64,000 bases of DNA from Candidatus Micrarchaeia archaeon (GTDB lineage: Archaea; Micrarchaeota; Micrarchaeia; CABMEP01), in the NCBI GenBank assembly GCA_038880755.1, contig JAVZRC010000003.1:17231-81230 (forward strand). The letters are read 5' to 3'. Below are positions 46,106-54,356 of this stretch, piece by piece. Within the stretch, counting starts at the first letter, position 1. The number at the start of each line of letters is the position of its first letter. A program made the position numbers and the translations under genes. The notes beneath the pieces were generated by a model. That model saw only the letters and a program-made list of their open reading frames with translations, searched no databases and had not been told where the DNA came from.

Positions 46106-46170
46106 ATGATGACAATGGATGAATCTGAGTCCTAGCTTGCTGGGGCAGTGACGAATGATTGGCGGTCTGA
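46106..46170 (+). ncRNA. C/D-box sRNA (2'-O-methylation guide)
   Basis: C box ATGATGA (46106-12), 12-nt guide CAATGGATGAAT, D' CTGA (46125-28), 19-nt spacer, C' GTGACGA (46148-54), 12-nt guide ATGATTGGCGGT, D CTGA (46167-70). Intergenic, and both guides are exactly 12 nt. Confidence 0.75.
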
Positions 46171-46229
46171 TAAAATAAATCAATTAGATATTATTATATC
46201 TTTAAATTTCTTTTTGTCAATATAACTTC

Positions 46230-47810
46230 ATGCTATTTGAATTGATATTTATTCTTGCAGGAGTTGCAATATTCATCTATAGCATTGAACAGCTTAGTGA
46301 TCAGCTCCTGAGAGTTTCAAAAGAAAGACTTAAAGAAATACTTCAAAGATTTACAGACAAACCTCTAAAAGCATTAGGTACTGGTTTGATAGTAACTGCA
46401 GTTATTCAATCAAGCACTGCAACTACTTCTATCTTAGTTTCTCTCGTGAATGCAGGTTTAATATCGTTTGAACAGAGTCTTGGTGTTATAGCAGGTGCGC
46501 ATATAGGAACAACAGTTACAGCACAACTTGTGGCATTTAGGTTTATGGGATTTGCACCTATTTTTATATTATTGGGATTCCTGTTAAGTTTGTTCCAGAG
46601 ATACAACCTTCTAGGAAAGTCAATCTTCCTTTTTGGTCTTGTGTTTTTTGCACTTTCTATAATCTCAGAAGCAACAGCGCCATTTAAAGAGAGCCAAGAA
46701 TTAAAGGACTTGCTTGTTTCTTTAGACAATCCATTGTATTCTATTATTGCGGGTATTGTTTTAACCCTAATACTTCAATCCAGCTCAATAGTCACTGCAC
46801 TTGCAGTTTTGCTTACAATGGAAGGTTTAATTCCTGTATCTATTTCAATTCCATTAGTATTAGGAAGTAACATAGGAACAACATCTACAGTTTTATTCAT
46901 TTCAAAAAATATGGACATATATGCAAAGAGGACTGCATATGCACATTTTCTTTTCAGCACTGTAGGTGTCATTCTTATCTATCCATTTCTTACTGACTTC
47001 ACTTATTTTGTAAATTCTATAAGTTTGAATGAAGGCTCAGCTGTTGCAAATGCACATACAATATTCAATGTAATAATGGCTGTCGTATTCTTATTTTCAT
47101 TGCCTGTTTTCATAAAATTAATAGAGAAGTTGACCCCCACTACAGAAAAGCAGATTCTTTTCACACCTAAGCATATAAAAAGAATACCTAGAGATACAGA
47201 TCTCGCAATAGAAAAGATAAAGTTGGAACTCGTCAATCATCTGCAAATCTCTAAAGAGATGTTTACAATAGCAACAGATATGATAGCAAATAAGGACATT
47301 TCAAAGTTGCAAACAATAGAGAAGTACGAATCTTTAAGCGACTATTTGGATTCTAAGATAACCAGTGCGCTTGTTGAGCTTTCTCAAAGAAATCTTACAG
47401 AAAGGCAATCTTCGCAGATCGTTCTTCTTTCAAAAATTTCCAATGAAATTGAAAGATTGGCAGATACTGCACATGATTATGCGTATATAACGCAAAAGCT
47501 AAATGAAAACAATTTAGAGTTTTCAAAAGATTCCATCAGGGACATATTAAAAATAAAGTTCGCTCTTGATGAAATTTATGATTTTATTGAATTCAATTTC
47601 AATTCAATTAATTCGTCAAAACTATCAAAGATAATTAAGATGAGAAAAAATGTAGACAAGCTTATATCTTCTTCGCATAAATTAAGAATCAAACTGCTTT
47701 CAGATGAAAAAATCGGTACATATTCCACTGTTTTATTTATTGATGCCATATCCTCTTTTGAGGAAGCAGTCTCAGTTTTGGTAAGAATATCAAAGAATCT
47801 AAAAATGTAA
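46230..47810 (+). CDS. Na+/phosphate cotransporter family protein with PhoU-like C-terminal domain
   Basis: 526 aa. Duplicated QSSTATTSILVSL / QSSSIVTALAVLL motifs in TM regions, plus a helical PhoU-like C-terminus. Confidence 0.75.
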   Translation: MLFELIFILAGVAIFIYSIEQLSDQLLRVSKERLKEILQRFTDKPLKALGTGLIVTAVIQSSTATTSILVSLVNAGLISFEQSLGVIAGAHIGTTVTAQLVAFRFMGFAPIFILLGFLLSLFQRYNLLGKSIFLFGLVFFALSIISEATAPFKESQELKDLLVSLDNPLYSIIAGIVLTLILQSSSIVTALAVLLTMEGLIPVSISIPLVLGSNIGTTSTVLFISKNMDIYAKRTAYAHFLFSTVGVILIYPFLTDFTYFVNSISLNEGSAVANAHTIFNVIMAVVFLFSLPVFIKLIEKLTPTTEKQILFTPKHIKRIPRDTDLAIEKIKLELVNHLQISKEMFTIATDMIANKDISKLQTIEKYESLSDYLDSKITSALVELSQRNLTERQSSQIVLLSKISNEIERLADTAHDYAYITQKLNENNLEFSKDSIRDILKIKFALDEIYDFIEFNFNSINSSKLSKIIKMRKNVDKLISSSHKLRIKLLSDEKIGTYSTVLFIDAISSFEEAVSVLVRISKNLKM

Positions 47811-47857
47811 TCATTGGAAGATAACACTTCAAGTATTTTGTGGTTTTTTAATGAGGA

Positions 47858-48448
47858 TTAGTAATCAACCCCCCATCTTGCAAGAATTCCTCTATCAAAT
47901 GGATGCTTTATTTTTTTAACTTCGCTAACTAAATCAGCGATTTCTATTATTTTTTGAGGAGGTTTAAATCCAGTTAGAATAACTTCTGTATGTTTATTTT
48001 TTTTCTTTAAAATATCAATTATTTCATCGTATGTAAAATGTCCGAATGCAGCTGCGGTATTTATCTCATCTAAAACAACTAAATCATATTTTCCTGAAGA
48101 AAGAAGTTTTTCGCTTAGCTTCAATCCTTTCTTAGAATTTTCAATTATATCCTTATCATAATCAAAATAAGCCTTAGTAATTTTTGCTTTTCCATCTCTT
48201 ACAAGTTTATCATATTCTTTTCCAGCAGAAGGTCCTAATTCAAATATTTTTATCTTGTGTTTTTTAAGATAGTTGAATTCCCCGCTTATTCCTCCATCTT
48301 TAAGAAATTGAACTACTGCAACTCTTAATCCGTGCCCAGCCGCTCTGATTGCGGTTCCAATTGCCGCGCTTGTTTTTCCTCTTCCATTGCCATAAAATAC
48401 CTGGATTAATCCAATTTCTAATTTTCCCTTTTTATTATTCTTTTCCAT
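47858..48448 (-). CDS. cobO: cob(I)alamin/cob(I)yrinic acid a,c-diamide adenosyltransferase (CobA/CobO/BtuR type)
   Basis: 196 aa. GNGRGKTSAAIG P-loop, VAVVQFLK, LVVLDEIN, VILTG, HPFDRGILARWGVDY. Confidence 0.8.
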   Translation of the reverse strand: MEKNNKKGKLEIGLIQVFYGNGRGKTSAAIGTAIRAAGHGLRVAVVQFLKDGGISGEFNYLKKHKIKIFELGPSAGKEYDKLVRDGKAKITKAYFDYDKDIIENSKKGLKLSEKLLSSGKYDLVVLDEINTAAAFGHFTYDEIIDILKKKNKHTEVILTGFKPPQKIIEIADLVSEVKKIKHPFDRGILARWGVDY

Positions 48449-48540
48449 GTTTTAATTATGATGTGTTCATTTTAAATCCTTTATGGATTGTATTATTACA
48501 GTGTTAAAAGGTTTAAAAACTTAACAGTGTAAAGTTATTT

Positions 48541-48891
48541 ATGATACCTTGCGAATTCATGGTTACTGAACTTCTTCCTACAATAAGAAAGGAAACTGTG
48601 AAGTTCCTTATTTCAAAAAATTACTCTCAAAGAGAGGTTTCAAAAATGATTGGAATTTCAGAAGCTGCAGTTTCATTATATTTGAAAAAGAAAAGAGGAT
48701 TGCATAAGAAGAAATTAGAAAAAATTATTACAGATTACATTCAAAAAAACTATGATTTAAATAGGTCATTCAGCGAGAATGTTTGTAAACTTTGCAACGA
48801 TTTCAGGAAATCGGGTTATTTCTGCAAAAGCCATAGAATAATATCAGAAATACCTAATGGAGAGTGCAAAGGTTGTTTCATAAAATCATAA
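48541..48891 (+). CDS. small HTH protein with C-terminal Cys cluster (CxxC-x9-C-x13-CxxC)
   Basis: 116 aa. HTH-like YSQREVSKMIGISEAAVSLYLKKKRG, then CKLCNDFRKSGYFCKSHRIISEIPNGECKGC. Ends 14 nt before iscS. Confidence 0.5.
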   Translation: MIPCEFMVTELLPTIRKETVKFLISKNYSQREVSKMIGISEAAVSLYLKKKRGLHKKKLEKIITDYIQKNYDLNRSFSENVCKLCNDFRKSGYFCKSHRIISEIPNGECKGCFIKS

Positions 48892-48905
48892 AGACGGTGG
48901 GTCAA

Positions 48906-50078
48906 ATGAAGAGAATATATCTTGACTATGCGGCTACTACCCCAGTAAGAGATGAAGTTATTCAAGAAATGTTGCCGTATTTTAATAAGAATTTTGGTAA
49001 TGCTTCTTCTCTTCATATGGATGGAAGAATTGCTGCAGACGCATTAAAAAGAGCAAGAGAGAAGATTGCAAATATAATAAATGCCTCACCGGAAGAGATA
49101 GTATTTACTTCAGGAGGAACGGAATCTGATAATCTAGCAATAAAAGGAATTGCTTATGCAAACAAGGACAAAGGAAATCATATAATAACATCTTCAATTG
49201 AACATCATGCTGTACTAAACACGGTAAAGGAGTTAGAAAAAGAAGGCTTTAAAGTTACTTTTATTCCTGTTAATAAATTCGGAGAAGTGGATCCTAAAGA
49301 TGTTGAAAATGCAATAACTGATAAGACAATATTAATTTCTATAATGCATGCAAATAATGAAATAGGAACCATACAACCAATAGAAAAGATAGGTAAGGTG
49401 GCAAGGAAGTATAATATCCCTTTTCATGTAGATGCAGTTCAGAGTTTTTGCCACATTCCACTTGATGTAAAGAAAATGAATATCTCTCTTTTATCAGTTT
49501 CATCGCATAAAATAGGCGGTCCAAAAGGAGTAGGAGCACTGTATGTAAGAAAAGATTTGAAATTGAAACCTCTACTTAACGGCGGGCCGCATGAATTCAA
49601 TAAAAGAGCAGGAACAGAAAATATCCCAGGAATAGTTGGTTTTGCAAAAGCAGCTGAAATCTCATCAAATGAAATGGAAAAGGAAAGCAAAAGATTGTCA
49701 AGGCTTAGAGACAAACTGATCAAATCAATTCTTTCACAAGTTCCAGGATCAAGATTGAATGGACACCCTAAGAATAGACTTCCAAACAATGTAAATTTTG
49801 GTTTTGTTGGCGTAGAAGGAGAGGCATTACTTCTAATGCTTGATTCTTTAGGAATTTCAGCTTCAACAGGATCTGCATGTTCATCGCATGATCTTTCTCC
49901 TTCTCACGTATTGCTTGCATTAGATCCCGATCCGGTTAAGGCGCATGGTTCTCTTAGATTAACATTAGGATACAAAACAAAGGAAGAAGAAATAGACAAG
50001 GTAATAGAAGTAATTCCTAAGATTGTTAATCAGATAAGAAAGATTACACCAAGAATAGAGGGGGTAACTACTTACTGA
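48906..50078 (+). CDS. iscS: cysteine desulfurase IscS/NifS (canonical)
   Basis: IYLDYAATTP, GNASSLH, FTSGGTESDN, SSIEHHAV, HVDAVQ, SSHKIGGPKG (PLP Lys present), STGSACSS (catalytic Cys). ATG at 48906 preceded by GGTGG (track ORF begins at 48864). Confidence 0.9.
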   Translation: MKRIYLDYAATTPVRDEVIQEMLPYFNKNFGNASSLHMDGRIAADALKRAREKIANIINASPEEIVFTSGGTESDNLAIKGIAYANKDKGNHIITSSIEHHAVLNTVKELEKEGFKVTFIPVNKFGEVDPKDVENAITDKTILISIMHANNEIGTIQPIEKIGKVARKYNIPFHVDAVQSFCHIPLDVKKMNISLLSVSSHKIGGPKGVGALYVRKDLKLKPLLNGGPHEFNKRAGTENIPGIVGFAKAAEISSNEMEKESKRLSRLRDKLIKSILSQVPGSRLNGHPKNRLPNNVNFGFVGVEGEALLLMLDSLGISASTGSACSSHDLSPSHVLLALDPDPVKAHGSLRLTLGYKTKEEEIDKVIEVIPKIVNQIRKITPRIEGVTTY

Positions 50079-50102
50079 TATAAAATCTAAAATGGTGATA
50101 AT

Positions 50103-50552
50103 ATGGTAAAGAATAAGAGTACAAAAAAGAGCAAAAGAGTTGAAAAGATCAAAAGACAGGAAATTACAAATTCATCTCTTTATACTCAAAAAGTAATGGA
50201 ACATTTTATGAATCCACATAATATGGGCGAGATAAAGGACGCAGATGCAATTGGAGAGGCAGGCAACGCAGTCTGCGGAGATGTTATGTATCTTTATCTA
50301 AAGATCAAGGATAATAGGATAAAAGACATAAAATTTAAGACACTGGGATGCGCTGCAGCTATAGCCACTAGTAGTATGGTGACGGATTTGGCGAAAGGGA
50401 AAACACTGGAGGAAGCGCTTAAGATAACAAACAAAGAAGTTGCAGAAGAACTGGGCGGTCTCCCAGCTGTTAAAATGCATTGTTCCGTTCTTGCACAGCA
50501 GGCATTAAAGAATGCAATTGAAAACTATTGGAAGAAACAGAAAAAGAAATGA
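50103..50552 (+). CDS. iscU: Fe-S cluster scaffold IscU/NifU-like
   Basis: 149 aa. NPHNMG, GNAVCGDVM, FKTLGCAAAIATSS, LPAVKMHCSVLA (three cluster Cys). ~20-aa Lys-rich N-terminal extension. Confidence 0.9.
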   Translation: MVKNKSTKKSKRVEKIKRQEITNSSLYTQKVMEHFMNPHNMGEIKDADAIGEAGNAVCGDVMYLYLKIKDNRIKDIKFKTLGCAAAIATSSMVTDLAKGKTLEEALKITNKEVAEELGGLPAVKMHCSVLAQQALKNAIENYWKKQKKK

Positions 50553-50749
50553 TAGAGTATGATTTAGCAAAAAATCTTATTGAGATCTGCAGAGCAGAAT
50601 CACCTAAGTAAAGAAGAAGGAAATAAAGCTTAAGGCACTTGTCTACAATCGATATATTCTAATGACGAAGAAATCTATTTTCTCATCATAGGATTTCTAC
50701 AAAGCCAGCAAAAACAAATATTTATATATTAATCAAGCGTTTATTTTTC

Positions 50750-51244
50750 ATGCAGAATCAAGATTATATACAATCAAATAAATTAAACATTAGAAATGAA
50801 TCATCTAAAGTAGGAATCAAAAATAATTTTTTAAGATTTAGATTGCTAGTTGAAGAAGGATACAAAAATACAGTTGATTATATAAAAAATAACCCAGGAA
50901 AGTCACTTAAGATAGGTTCAACTGCAATCGTGTTCTCTTTTATGTTTGGGTATGTTTTAGGAACTAAGAATGTTACTGAAAACATGGTTCGTTCTGTCAA
51001 TTCCACATTGTCTTCCATTGATAGACAGAATCTTAAGATTATTTCAAAACTAGAAGAGATATCTACAATGCAGAGTAGTTTGGATGAAAGAGTAAAGTCT
51101 CTTGAGCAGCAATCTAAAGCTAGATTAGATACTATAGAAAATAAAATTCAATTCCAAAAAGCATCGGAAGAAGATCAAAAGAGGGTAGAAGAAATTAAAA
51201 AGAAAAATAAATGGAAAAAATTACTTCCATGGAATTGGTTCTAA
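50750..51244 (+). CDS. hypothetical single-pass membrane / coiled-coil protein
   Basis: 164 aa. One TM (IGSTAIVFSFMFGYVLG) followed by heptad-like sequence. No family recognised. Confidence 0.4.
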   Translation: MQNQDYIQSNKLNIRNESSKVGIKNNFLRFRLLVEEGYKNTVDYIKNNPGKSLKIGSTAIVFSFMFGYVLGTKNVTENMVRSVNSTLSSIDRQNLKIISKLEEISTMQSSLDERVKSLEQQSKARLDTIENKIQFQKASEEDQKRVEEIKKKNKWKKLLPWNWF

Positions 51245-51304
51245 AACGTATTCCATTAGTAAGGGAGTTGTTTTTAATTCTTTTTTTATATATTATTATT
51301 TGAT

Positions 51305-51411
51305 GCCCCTGTAGCTCAGCTTGGATAGAGCGACTGTCAGACTTAACTTTTTGTTTTGTCTGGTCGAACCTCCTAAGCAGTAGGTCGAGGGTTCAAATCC
51401 CTCCGGGGGCG
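51305..51411 (+). tRNA. tRNA-Arg(CCU) with a 32-nt intron at a non-canonical site on the 5' side of the anticodon loop (~51338-51369)
   Basis: Hand fold: acceptor GCCCCTG/CGGGGGC, D arm GCTC-AGCTTGGATA-GAGC, anticodon stem ACTGT/GCAGT. The only canonical loop, C-T-CCT-A-A (51370-76), lies after an insert containing the hairpin CAGAC..GTCTG. T arm GAGGG-TTCAAAT-CCCTC. Confidence 0.7.
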
Positions 51412-51493
51412 CTAAAAAAGTCATTCACTTTAATTCTGCAGAATAAGATAACTATTTAAATATTTCCGAATATACATATATGAGGCAGATAAA

Positions 51494-51679
51494 ATGGCAG
51501 AGGTACAGACAGGTATTCAGATTCAGAAGTCAAGTCAGACTGTTTTTCAAAGAAGCATAGGGACCTTAGAACGAGGCATAAGGACCTTTAAGTCAGTAGC
51601 AGTTGAAGGGATTTTCAAGAAAAAGAAATTTACAAAAGAAGAATTAGAGCAAGCTGAACAAGCTTGGATCAGGGGCTGA
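51494..51679 (+). CDS. hypothetical small protein (61 aa)
   Basis: ATG preceded by GAGG 8 nt upstream and an AT-rich TATA-like box. No family recognised. Confidence 0.35.
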   Translation: MAEVQTGIQIQKSSQTVFQRSIGTLERGIRTFKSVAVEGIFKKKKFTKEELEQAEQAWIRG

Positions 51680-51680
51680 G

Positions 51681-51714
51681 CACTAATTTTCATTATACAC
51701 TAATTTCCATTATA
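51681..51714. repeat. tandem 2 x 17-nt repeat CACTAATTT(T/C)CATTATA
   Basis: 51681-51697 and 51698-51714 differ at one position. Lies directly after the stop of the 61-aa ORF and upstream of fibrillarin. Confidence 0.8.
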
Positions 51715-51807
51715 TATTCATCTAAAATTATCGCTTGCTTTTTTTTCTTTCATGATTTTTCAGAATATTAAATCAACATTTTTAAAATTATTGATTAAAC
51801 TATTCTT

Positions 51808-52500
51808 ATGAATAAAAAAGAAAAAAGATCCCAACATGATCTGCTTCAGATATTTCCAGGCATATTCAAAATAGACGACAAGTTAGCTACTCTTAATGCC
51901 TACCCTGGAAATACGGTCTACGGTGAACGATTAATAGATGTAGAAGATAAAGAATATAGATTATGGGATCCATTCAGATCAAAGCTTGCAGGGGCAATAA
52001 AAAAAGGTCTTAAATCGAGCGGTATAAAGAAAGGAGATTCTGTGCTTTATCTCGGAGCTGCAAGTGGAACAACCTGTTCTCATATTTCAGATATCATAGG
52101 AAAGAACGGTATTCTTTACTGTGTTGAGTTCTCAGAGAGGCCTTTGAGAGATCTTATCTCAGTCTGCGAAGTAAGAGATAATATGATTCCTATATTGGGT
52201 GATGCGCGAAAGCCTCAAGAGTATAAGAAGTATATTGAAGGTAAGGTAGATTTCATATACCAGGATGTTGCACAGCCAGATCAGATAAGAATATTCAAGC
52301 TTAACTCTGACATGTTTCTGAAGGAAGGCGGAGAAGGATTCATATGCATAAAGTCTCAATCAATCGATGTCACAAAGACATCAAAAGAAGTGTATAAAGA
52401 ATCCTTAAAAGAACTTAAAGACTATGGTTTTACGATTTTACAGGAAATCGAGCTTTCCCCTTATGATTTAAATCATCTTTTTGTTCATGTTAAAAAATAA
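51808..52500 (+). CDS. flpA: fibrillarin (C/D RNP 2'-O-methyltransferase)
   Basis: 230 aa. VYGERLI....EYRLWDP.RSKLA.AI..GL, VLYLGAASGTT.SH.SDI, YCVEFS, ILGDARKP, FIYQDVAQPDQ. Confidence 0.9.
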   Translation: MNKKEKRSQHDLLQIFPGIFKIDDKLATLNAYPGNTVYGERLIDVEDKEYRLWDPFRSKLAGAIKKGLKSSGIKKGDSVLYLGAASGTTCSHISDIIGKNGILYCVEFSERPLRDLISVCEVRDNMIPILGDARKPQEYKKYIEGKVDFIYQDVAQPDQIRIFKLNSDMFLKEGGEGFICIKSQSIDVTKTSKEVYKESLKELKDYGFTILQEIELSPYDLNHLFVHVKK

Positions 52501-52556
52501 TAAAAATCATAGATCAAAATAATACAAAATAATAAAAACTAAAGGGCTTCCTATTT

Positions 52557-53507
52557 TTATTCTTCTTTGCATTGTTCCAGTTTTGGATATAAGTAGCAAT
52601 AAGCATTTTTTATGTATGCTGGATAAACTATATACATGCAGTCTACGACAACCATTGGAGTTGTTGGTTTGCCAATGAATGTTTCTGCAAATCTTTCATC
52701 AGTTCTTAATTCTCCTTTTGGATAGTCATCATTTACACATTTCTTTATAACATCTATGTCTCCTCCGTTCTGTTGAATGCACATTAAAAGTTCATCTTCA
52801 GAAAGAAATTCTTTCTTTTCACTGTATCTGTTTATTACGCAGGATTTGAATTCATTGAAATAGTCCTTGTCTTTTGCGCATTCGTAATATAAAAGCGCAG
52901 TATATGCAGAGGAATTCGGATTTTCTGAGATATCCTTGTAGGTGTATGTTGAAAGAATCCTGTAGTTTAGTCGTATGTTTTGATTGAATGTTTCAATGAA
53001 TTTTTTAATTTCGCTATCATATTTTATTGACCATGGATCATACGGATCAATATAAACATCAACCGTCTTTTTGTCTCCAACGCTGCATCCAATTTCTTTT
53101 CCAGTTTTTCTAATGGTGGAAGGTTCTGATGGTATAACTAGATTTTGGCTTACTTTGTTGATTGTAAAATCATTTGCATTCATCCATAAATCAATGTTCA
53201 CTATTCCATCTGTTGAATAGCCATTGATATTCAGTTTCCATACTCCATTTTCAAGGGTTTTATTGTTTATAGTGATATTTACCATGCCATAGTAAAGGTT
53301 AAGGAAGCGAATAGCCCTGTTGTCGATAATAGCTGAAGGTCCTTCGTCTCCAAACGGAATCTTGATTACAAGAACGAATAAGGCAAAAATTAATGCAAAT
53401 ATTGCAAAAAATAATAAGTATGGAAAGCTTATCCTTTCTCTTACTTTTTCTTTTACTGAATGTAATACCTGTCTTATCCTTGATTTATTCTGTCTTCTTG
53501 ATTTCAT
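52557..53507 (-). CDS. membrane-anchored DsbA-like thioredoxin-fold protein without the CxxC active site
   Basis: 316 aa with an N-terminal TM. The C-terminal half matches the DsbA/COG1651 layout, but VDVYIDPYDPWS replaces F.D..CP.C. Keeps the helical insert (ALLYYECAKDKDYFNEF) and a cis-Pro region (GKPTTP). Confidence 0.45.
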   Translation of the reverse strand: MKSRRQNKSRIRQVLHSVKEKVRERISFPYLLFFAIFALIFALFVLVIKIPFGDEGPSAIIDNRAIRFLNLYYGMVNITINNKTLENGVWKLNINGYSTDGIVNIDLWMNANDFTINKVSQNLVIPSEPSTIRKTGKEIGCSVGDKKTVDVYIDPYDPWSIKYDSEIKKFIETFNQNIRLNYRILSTYTYKDISENPNSSAYTALLYYECAKDKDYFNEFKSCVINRYSEKKEFLSEDELLMCIQQNGGDIDVIKKCVNDDYPKGELRTDERFAETFIGKPTTPMVVVDCMYIVYPAYIKNAYCYLYPKLEQCKEE

Positions 53508-53541
53508 TTAACCACCTTTCTATATAGCTGTCTATATAGTT

Positions 53542-54087
53542 TTATCTGCATTGCGATAGGAATAAGTTCAATTCAGATTCTGAATTAAAACTTCCAATAT
53601 GTATCTGAGAATTTTTCAGACATATATATGTAGGAGTGCCTTCCAATTCAAACGAGTTCATGCAATTCATGAATTTAATCAGCTGTTCCGTGTCTTCTGT
53701 GTTTATCATTCTTATATCATATTCTGTTTTCATTTTAGTTACCCAAGGGGTGTTCTTCTGTGAATAAACACAATCCTTTCCATATATGTAAATAACCGAC
53801 TCATTAATTCCATACCCAGCTAGACATTCCGTAGTTGTTTTCCCTGTATTCTGCTTTATGATTATTGAAATATTTGTTTTATTTTCAGTATTAATATAGC
53901 TTTCTTGATTCTCTCTTAATAATATAATCAAAGATACAAATGCAATAAACACTAATATGATTAGCACTGCAATTATGCCTCTATTTCTATTGTTTATATC
54001 CCTTATATTTCTATTTATTTCCTCATTCCTTTTCTTGCTTTCTAGCTGTTTAGCTGTTTTTTTCTTCTCATTTCTTTTCTTTACCAT
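53542..54087 (-). CDS. membrane-anchored small thioredoxin/glutaredoxin-like protein with CxxS motif
   Basis: 181 aa with an N-terminal TM. VIYIYGKDCVYS ... EGTPTYICL..S.IHIG fits a thioredoxin fold with a monothiol C-V-Y-S site and a GTPT cis-Pro loop. Confidence 0.45.
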   Translation of the reverse strand: MVKKRNEKKKTAKQLESKKRNEEINRNIRDINNRNRGIIAVLIILVFIAFVSLIILLRENQESYINTENKTNISIIIKQNTGKTTTECLAGYGINESVIYIYGKDCVYSQKNTPWVTKMKTEYDIRMINTEDTEQLIKFMNCMNSFELEGTPTYICLKNSQIHIGSFNSESELNLFLSQCR

Positions 54088-54233
54088 AATCTAAATTGAA
54101 TATAAAGGATTAAAAATTTAAAGTAGATAATATAATAAAACATCTAGAGATAACTATCGTGGTTAGAGCAATAATTTAATATCTTTACTTACAATATAGA
54201 TATTACAATTTATGTTTATAGGTTGGGCATCAT

Positions 54234-54345
54234 CCCACCGTAGCTCAATCTGGCAGAGCATCTCGCTGTAGTCCAGCCTGTCAGATCCTCTGGCAGTCGT
54301 TTTGTAGAAACGAGAGGGTTGCTGGTTCAAATCCGGCCGGTGGGA
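54234..54345 (+). tRNA. tRNA-Tyr(GUA) with a 38-nt intron at 37/38 (54272-54309)
   Basis: Hand fold: acceptor CCCACCG/CGGTGGG with C1:G72 (archaeal Tyr identity pair), D arm GCTC-AATCTGGCA-GAGC, anticodon stem TCTCG/CGAGA, loop CT-GTA-G|intron|A, T arm GCTGG-TTCAAAT-CCGGC, discriminator A. Confidence 0.85.
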
Positions 54346-54356
54346 CTTAAAAATGC

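Noticed and set aside
50650-50700. ATGACGA on the plus strand and ATGATGA on the minus strand in the iscU downstream spacer, as possible C/D-box elements
   Set aside because: The sequence 12 nt after the minus-strand C box is CTTC, not CTGA, and no D box follows at a sensible distance.
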